A DNA stretch of 61,398 bases, filler included, from Choristocarpus tenellus KU-1152 (taxonomy: Eukaryota; Protista; Phaeophyceae), in NCBI GenBank assembly GCA_964200185.2. It is 15 parts of 15 records of this genome, joined end to end, with 100 filler letters (N's around TTAATTAATTAA, not from the genome) between each part and the next. Parts side by side here need not be neighbours in the genome. Positions count along the whole stretch, not along the records: positions 49,822 to 54,460 come from CAXNAD020013680.1; positions 54,561 to 58,255 come from CAXNAD020018459.1; positions 58,356 to 61,398 come from CAXNAD020022740.1; 12 more parts are not named here. One strand, given 5' to 3'. A program made the translations under genes and the position numbers. Below the pieces are notes generated by a model that saw only the letters and a program-made list of their open reading frames with translations, made no database searches and had not been told where the DNA came from. The stretch's first letter is position 1; each line of letters begins with the position of its first letter. Shown here in pieces: positions 53,761 through 61,398 of the stretch.

Positions 53761-54560
53761 CTAATTAAAAATTTTGGTTGTGTGGGCAAGTGAGGAGTTA
53801 TTGAGAAGGAACACTCGAAGAACACCCCTGCAACATATCTCAAAGGCGGGCTGACCAATAAATTTACTGAGAACGCGGAAGACAGGATCAAGCAAGCTTA
53901 CATCCTGCGCTATGAAAGAGCAAATGCAATGATCTAAATAAATCTGCCATGAGCGTCATTCGGTTCGGGCCTCACTGCCGTTTGCAGAGGCGACAAAGGA
54001 GGTGAATCTACCATCATCATCATCATCGCGAGGCGCTTTAGACATACGAAGTACACACTTTTCCTACCAATGTCAGACCGGGCCCGGGGCCGCAGAGTAT
54101 GTGTGCTCGGCGTTGAAATAACATTTATTGTGTCTTCCTTCGTAAAATCGACAAAGGGTATCATCATGAATATTGATATATCGACAGAGCAAACGAAAAA
54201 GATAGCACTTTGTATGAATCTTGACATGTTCTTTTAACCATAATATCAGACCGGTCAAGGTAACGAACATCCACTACTCGAAATACTACTTAGATCCACC
54301 TTTTCTACGTACTGCCGAGTCACACGGTTTGCATCTAACTCCAACACAGGGTGCAGCCAACCTCTCCACAACCAAGGGGAAAACCGACCTGTTTGTTCGT
54401 GGCGTAGATCACAATTGTTGACTTGTGAGGCATGAACTGCCCATATGTATCAGCCCAGTANNNNNNNNNNNNNNNNNNNNNNNNNNNNNNNNNNNNNNNN
54501 NNNNTTAATTAATTAANNNNNNNNNNNNNNNNNNNNNNNNNNNNNNNNNNNNNNNNNNNN

Positions 54561-54630
54561 AAAAAAAAGAGTTGTTTGACCGAAACGGACGCCCCCTCAC
54601 AAACCACCCCCCCCTCAGATACTTTGACCC
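54561..54630. mobile_element. MITE B-type end
   Basis: ...CAGATACTTTGACCC; related to 24482-24574. Confidence 0.75.
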
Positions 54631-54699
54631 AAAGTAACAGTTGTCGTAGATGTTAAAGACATATTTCTATCTACTATTTACTATTTTACTAACAGCTAT

Positions 54700-56555
54700 G
54701 CTACACCACTGCCCTCCTGTGGCTCCAACCTAGCTTAGTCCTGCACGCAAGGGTGAGGAGCTAGGGAAGCATCCCGAGAATCTAACAAGCCTTCCCTTGC
54801 CCATTTCCCTGGTGGTGTCTCCAGCTTAAAACGTATGACACGTCTAGATAGAGCTACTTGTGTTGTGACAGATACTATCTGTTGTAGACGGGATTTGACA
54901 GCCCCTTTCTTGCTTTAGCCTCCTGCCCCTCTCCCCCCTACTCCCTATCGCATGCGTAGTCAACGCGTCCAGAAAACCTTCCGCTTGCTTACCGAGCTAC
55001 CCAAACTCGCCGCTGTGAAGGTGTTGAGGTTATTACTACAAGGGTCAAAAGAGCTCTCGTCGTGTGTGAGTTTTCGTGTCTCAGCTGCAGCAGCAGCTAC
55101 ACCATTGCTGGTGGATGAGTGGGGCAGGTGAGATACTGCTTGTACTTCTGCAAGAGGAACATCTAGAAGGAGGATTTTATCCCAGTAGGGATCTGATCCA
55201 GCATCCGTAAGTGCCCCAGTATGGAAGACCAGATCCATGCGGAAATTCCGATCCACGGTGAAAGGGCTACCGTCCTCCATATTGCAAGGGATGTCCATCC
55301 CCTTGGAGATTTAACCTAGACGCTTCACCATCGGTGTGTATTGGCGAACCTGTCCTCCAGCCCAAGGGCAGGTACGTACATGTCTCGGATCAACATTTTA
55401 CCTCCTACATGCTGCCGCCGACCACCTGCTCGATAGGACTTCCTCCCTGGGGATCTGCTGGCAGTTAATCTAAACTCTATGGAAGGGATCTGGCATGCTG
55501 GTTACAGGGGTTGTGTGGAAGCCCATGCATTCGCTCCTTGTCCACTGGCTGCAGTGGTGGGCCAAGGCTAGCGAGGAATCTTCCTTCCCTTGTTCCGCTC
55601 CATCAGGTAAGGCAGCCAATTGCGTCCGGAAAGAGTTGAAGCGGATCCTGTTGGCGATCTCGTGTTGTGACCTCCTTGTGATCCTGGCATCATGGGCTGC
55701 CATATTATGGATCTCTGGGGCAGGTGTGGGGGTTGTTGTTTCCCCCCAGGCTACCCAGCCTTGGCCAATAATTTCCATCAAGTTTTCTAAAGGGACTCCT
55801 GTAGAGAGGAAGGTGTGGATGGATGATCCAAAGGCCCTTACTCTGGGGCTTATACAGATTGCTTGTGAGAAAGACTCTCCATGAGACCCTTATTGTTGCC
55901 TTGCTAAAAGGATGAGGAGAGTAGCAACCAGTGATCCTACGAAGGCTGCATGCTGGCGATGCTTCATAGAGGATAGGCCCAACCCTCCCGAACTTGTGGG
56001 CATCTGTGCCTGTACTTGTTAGTGTGTCTCCAGGCGGAGAGACCCATTGTCACACACCCCTTCAAAGACGTCAGTGGCTCCTGCTGAGTCTGCTAGCTCC
56101 ATTATCTTCTCCAGCGTCCACAGTGAGGTATTGTCTGCTTGCTCTATGGTGGAGCGTGCCAGGTGGGAGGGAATGACCCTTTCCAAATAGCCTAAATGGA
56201 AGGAGAGAGACCAGGAGTTGAGGAGTCAGGTAACTTGTTTGTCCTCCATCTCACTGAGGTGCGTGGCCAGTGTTCGTGACCTAGAGCTTTCGATCACCTC
56301 ATTCATGTGGGCTTGGATGAACCCATCTGTTCCCACCGGGGTCCTCAATGTAACAAACCCATTTGGGTTCGGGGCAGGTTGATTCCCGCTGTTGCCAGAA
56401 GTTTCTAGTTCTGAGGGTCTGGGTTGGTGGCCCTGAGGAGATGCAGCCAATATCGTGTCCGTGTTGAAGGCAATGCCTACCTCGTGTAGATCAGTTTTTA
56501 GCTGCTCGAAAGCAGCTATTGTGTTGTGGTTGAAGTCGAACGAACCAAGAGGTAG
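54700..56555 (-). mobile_element. Degenerate RLE-type (CRE/NeSL-like) non-LTR retrotransposon, RT C-terminus plus endonuclease
   Basis: L.TPVGTDGFI, GGLGL-like ...AAFVGS, and RMDLVF...LLLDV...AAAAETRK...FDP (restriction-like endonuclease). Confidence 0.8.
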
Positions 56556-56783
56556 GCAAGGTAGCATTTTAAGGATCCCGAGAAAGGACGAAAAATGTGT
56601 CATTTTGTACAATTGCAGAAGGGGCCTTTTCCTGAATTGTGGTGTGACTTAGTGTGTGGAAAGGGGGAATATCAATTTTGCGTGTAATATTCTGAACATA
56701 AAGCAAAGAAACAGCGAGTATCGCACAGGGTGAAAAAGATGGCTTAGAACGCAGAACGATCCAAACTTGCCTAGCGCTCAATT
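56556..56783 (+). repeat. Repeat family D
   Basis: Homologous to 24580-24714 and to the reverse of 29250-29430. Confidence 0.7.
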
Positions 56784-56836
56784 GCTATGACTCTCATTTA
56801 CTTCTATGCTCTTCTTCCGACTGCTAGATACAATTT

Positions 56837-57097
56837 GAATGAAAGTATCTTAGAGTGTACAAGTTTTCACCTGTTTGTCCATTTGGGGCTTGACTTCTCA
56901 CGGGTTTTAAATAACATATTACATACTCCAAAATGTTTCAGAGATTAGGTAAAATGTGTATGTTATGAAAAAGTGTGTCTGGAACAAGGGTATTGACATC
57001 TCCTAACAAACACGATAGCCGAAATTTCATCATAATTGCAACATTGGATTTTGGACCTTAAATGGACGCGGCTCTACCCTCTAAGATGCTTTGACTC
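56837..57097. mobile_element. MITE family A
   Basis: TIRs present with an ATTT/ATTT duplication. Confidence 0.9.
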
Positions 57098-57169
57098 ATT
57101 TGATGTGATGCCTGAGAGACTTCTTTTAACACATATATTTGAAGAGAAAACAAGGGGACTGAAGAGTTG

Positions 57170-57725
57170 TTAAGAGGACATCGTAGGATGAGATGTTTTG
57201 AGGTCGCCATATTCCCAAGTGTTGAAAATACGGGCTCTAGGTCTGATTGTGTAACAGGAACGCCCAAAATGCGGAGGGTAAGTTGGCCAGGCACGGAAAT
57301 TTTGACATCCTTTCCCGTCACCATTTGGGCGATTTTTTGTAAGCTCCACAGCCCAATATCGACTATTGAGAATCCTCATTCAACCCGGAAGGGTCAACCT
57401 CTACATGCGCTACTTCTTCAATGTACTCCCTCACCGCATGTTCCAATATCCCACCAGCAGCAGCTGAACTCCTCCCAAACATTGCAAGGGAAGCTCCTAC
57501 GAGCACCTTGTGTATATTACGGCGGGAAGCTGCCTCTATTTAAAGTGGGCAGTACATGGATGCGGGCTTGATTTTACCACTAATGGAATATTTCTCCCAC
57601 CATTGCCTTCTCCACAATGTCTAGAAATTCTAACATTAATCTACTCTACATATCGCCATTGGACAAGTTTGTAATCCCTTTGAATGATTTTGGTTATGGG
57701 ATCCAGACAAGTGAACAAGGCCTGC
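57170..57725 (-). mobile_element. hAT transposase C-terminal (dimerisation domain) relic
   Basis: ALFTCLDPITK (LDPRFK-like) and KFPCLANL/LRILGVPVTQSDLEPVFSTLGNMATSK (P.S...ER.FS motif). Confidence 0.75.
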
Positions 57726-58211
57726 TTTGGGCTGCCTGTCCTCACTGTTGGAGCACTGGCAATATTACTGTACTAAAGGTGTTCATAAATTAGATAACAT
57801 TGTGCTTGTACACTGCTGGTATACACACAACCTCTTTATCACTTCTACCTGTTTAGAAGTGATGTCTTTGAAGCGCTGCAGGCTTGCATCACATTCTCCA
57901 GCTCCACTCGTTCATCAGTGATAGTAGAGATTACTAGAGACACTCTCGCATATGCGTCACCCTCAAAGGTCTTTTGAGGTTTTATGACGATCTCAAGGAT
58001 TATTTTGATAGACCCACCACCTGAGTATAGCAAAAGAAAAAACAAAAAAGAGACAAGAGGGAGACGGGGAAGAGAGGTTAATAATTAGAGAGGTATAAAA
58101 CAGAAAATCAACAAGAAATGACAAGAAATGACACAACGTAGTTCGTGACTTCTACACAATGAAAAATAGTGTGAAATAAGAAGGAATGGGGCGATAGATA
58201 TCCATATAAAA

Positions 58212-58486
58212 GGGTCAAAGTATCTGGGGGGGGGGGGTCGGCGTCCGTTTTTCACNNNNNNNNNNNNNNNNNNNNNNNNNNNNNNNNNNNNNNNNNNNNT
58301 TAATTAATTAANNNNNNNNNNNNNNNNNNNNNNNNNNNNNNNNNNNNNNNNNNNNGCCCGAAACATGGATATTGACACTTCCTACAAAAAAATAACAAAC
58401 ACGATCGACAAAATTTCATCGAAATCGCAACATTGGATTTTTGCCCCCTAATGGACGCGGCTCTACCCTCTAAGATACTTTGACTC
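58212..58486. mobile_element. MITE B-type end (58212-58255) and MITE A end (58356-58486) flanking a linker
   Basis: Both carry the characteristic TIRs. Confidence 0.8.
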
Positions 58487-58489
58487 TAA

Positions 58490-59545
58490 GGTGCTCCTGG
58501 AAACGGGAAATGGGAAGGGCATGGGTCCTGACAAGCTCCTAAAGCTTGGCTTCCAGGAGGATGTGGCTACCCTCCAGAGTTTCTATAATGTGGTGTTGGC
58601 TGTGTGGAAGCTGGAAGTCGTGCCATAGGTCTGGAGGGATGCAGTCATCACAGTGCTCTTCCAAAAGAAGAATCACACAGATTGTGCCAACTACAGGGGC
58701 ACCTAATTGGTGGCACATACTGGTAAAGTCCTCCTCAAGGTGTTTCCGGGAACGGGAGAACATACTCATGAGAAACAGTGTGACTTCCGTCCCTGACGCT
58801 CGATAGTGGAAATGATGTACTCTGTATGTGCCGTCCAAGAGCTTGGTCGGAAAAAGAATGTGCCCCTCTTCATGTGTTCTATCGGTGTAGAGAAAGTAAT
58901 GACTCTTTTTGTGATATCCTGTGGGTTGCGTTGCCCAGATTTGGCATACCTCCAAAGGTGATCTTTGTTTTCTGTAATTTTATTATGGTATGAGGGCAAG
59001 TGCTCACATAGACGATGGTGAGTGCACAGACTGGTTCGAGGTTGGACAGGGCCTTCAGCAGGAATGTGTTCTTGCTTCGATTCTCTTCAGCACCTTCTTC
59101 ACTGTGGTGCTGCTAAGTGTAGCAGTAGAGCGGTCTACCTCTGACCTGGCCATCTCCAAGGACATTGTTGTCATCAAGAGAGGGACCAAAAGCAACCCGA
59201 TCAGAGGAGGAGAAGCACCAAGGAGTGGGACAGCACTTGAATGGCTTTTGGCAGGCAAGCTTTATCCTGAAGATATGGGTGTTGTCTCCGAGACCCAAGA
59301 AGATTTGGTAAGGGTAATGACGACAGGCTTGTGAAGGTGGCCATATCATTTGATCTGACTCTATCGGCATTAAAGGTACAGACTATGAGTCTTTGCTCTC
59401 CTGATAAAAAAAACTTTGCAGATCCGGGCAGTGGATCAGACCCAGAAGAAGACTGATAAGTTTGATTACCTTGAGGGAACTATCAATGATGTTGCGGCTA
59501 TACTACTGAGATCGGCTGGAGGATTCAGAAAGCCTGGAGTTGTTC
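58490..59545 (+). mobile_element. RTE-like LINE reverse transcriptase relic
   Basis: WRDAVITVLFQKKNHTDCANYRG.*LVAHTGKVLLKV; QCDFRP; WFEVGQGLQQECVLASILF; LYPED (degenerate YADD). Confidence 0.88.
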
Positions 59546-60629
59546 TGACATAACATAGTGTTTTTTATTACCAAATGTTACGAAATTTCTCATTTCTAGT
59601 TGGAAATAATAAATAATGAAAACCATTATGGCCTCGGTAAGACCCTCGGGGCAACACTCAAAGGTTTGGTGATCTCATAGAGGAATATCCAATCGAAGCG
59701 ACTAATTCGCATTTGTTTTAGCCAACCAAAATGCTACAAAAGCTGCATTGTACAAGGACAACACTCACAATGGTTTGGGTACAATGGGAGATGCGCGTGT
59801 TATGTTTTGCTAGCATGTCATACCCTTTCGCTGCCTCAGCCGAAACCCTGATCGTTAGGCAGGAACTAGAACTACCTCGCCAGAATTGGACGTCCATGCA
59901 CGATTAGGTATCAAGCCAAGCTTCACTCCACACCAAGAATGTATTGGTAACCCTTGCACCAATGCTTCAACCCGTTTTAACCCTCAATTTCTCGCCCGCT
60001 GTCTGTGCTGCCTTGAACAAATAACCTGCTTCGGTTCCTGCGAAATACGGACCTCGTTCATTCCAAAAAGTAATGTATCAAAACCCGTTCGACCAGTCAC
60101 ATCTGTTCCCCAGCCTGTGCTTCAATCCCCACTTGCTTTAGCTACAGACAGGGCGAGTGATAGAAGTCGACACCATTCGGACAAAGACCTACGTCCATCG
60201 CTCAATCTACTGAGGAATGTCCAGTAAAGGGTCGAAATAGACGGAAGGTAACACGGGCTTCGGTAGACTGCTCTTTCGTCAAGGGACGCTTACAAATTGT
60301 GCGGAAGATGGTTTGAATTTGCTAGTCACCTTCGGCTGGCGTTTCTTGTTTTTTATTGTTTCTTTTTAACAGTGAATTTCATTTTGTGCAATCTGATTTT
60401 CGTAGTGGATTTTCTTATTGTTGTTAGCCAAAATACCATAAAATAATGTGTTTAATTTTACGCGAACACTCTGCTTCCAAAAATTCTTACGTTCACATAC
60501 ATCACGTTCATAATCTTCCACCCTTTTTTTTTCCCCTTTAGATCTGGTCTTCTTTTTCTTCCACGCATGTATTTCTCTCTTGTTTACCTTGTTCATTTTC
60601 GACCATCACTTTTTTAGTTTAATTTGATA

Positions 60630-61398
60630 GTAACTGTACAGATTACTATTATTTTTATTATGATGCCCTCTGACATTTTGCAGATGTGTGATGGGGAAAC
60701 CAATGAAAACTATATACATATGTGTATATAAAATGTCCTAAACATAAAAATACTATATACAGATTACTATCATTATTCTGCACTCATACAGTCTAAGGCG
60801 TTTTTAGATCTGTGGTCAAAAGGGAGAAGTGAAACGTCGTCAAATGAAAACAACAGAATGAGAAGTACACATATACACAAACAGATACAATGGAAGCAAA
60901 AAAGAACAAGGCACTGAAGAGAATATAGAAAAAGAAAAGAAAAAGAAAAATGAGGAACCAATTTAACGAAGAGAACCCAAATCGATATTATTTTTCGAAA
61001 ATGTTAAACAACCCAACCAACAGATTCGTTATACAGTAAGGATATAGATCCTCGTATTTCTATACTTATTTATTTTACATTTTCCATATGTCTGAGTTTT
61101 AATATCCATGAAAAATCCATAATACATCATATATTTGATTACTATACACTACCTCCAAAATGTCAAAGTAGAAAATATATACAATATCAGAGGGCATAAT
61201 ATAAAAAATATATTATTGAGGTTTTCATTTTTTTTATGGCACATCTCAAGAATATTAGAAGGTAGAATAATATAAATATTATTATGCCCTCTGACATTTT
61301 GTAGATGCGTCAGGGATCTATTTTTTACTTCACCACTATCAATATTATTATTATTATGCCCTCTGACATTTTGCAGATGTGTCAGGGGGGAAACCAGT
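60630..61398. repeat. Cluster of family C repeats
   Basis: Three direct copies and one inverted copy of the ATGCCCTCTGA motif. Confidence 0.75.

Overview
Eukaryotic draft-genome sequence. The window is 15 short contig pieces joined by an artificial linker (N44-TTAATTAATTAA-N44, 14 copies), so adjacency across linkers has no biological meaning. GT-AG introns, RTE-type LINEs and CCCTAA motifs suggest a brown-alga-like stramenopile (inference). Host genes: five exons of NCKAP1/NAP1 (SCAR/WAVE complex), two multi-exon genes of unknown function and two Tudor-like ORFs. Most of the rest is transposon debris: an intron-rich DUF7869/Sola1-like transposase; Sola2-like, hAT and mariner fragments; Ty3/Gypsy integrases; RTE and RLE-type LINEs; and two related MITE families sharing CAAAGTATCT termini. 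The best novelty candidate is an intron-containing gene at 40840-42200 built like a polymorphic toxin (N-terminal repeats, Gly/Ala hydrophobic segment, C-terminal CAE...CxxC deaminase-like domain). The second is a ~3.4 kb foreign-looking island with decayed ORFs and excess in-frame TGA, inside a predicted 4-kb intron. All identifications come from manual translation and motif recognition; no searches were run.
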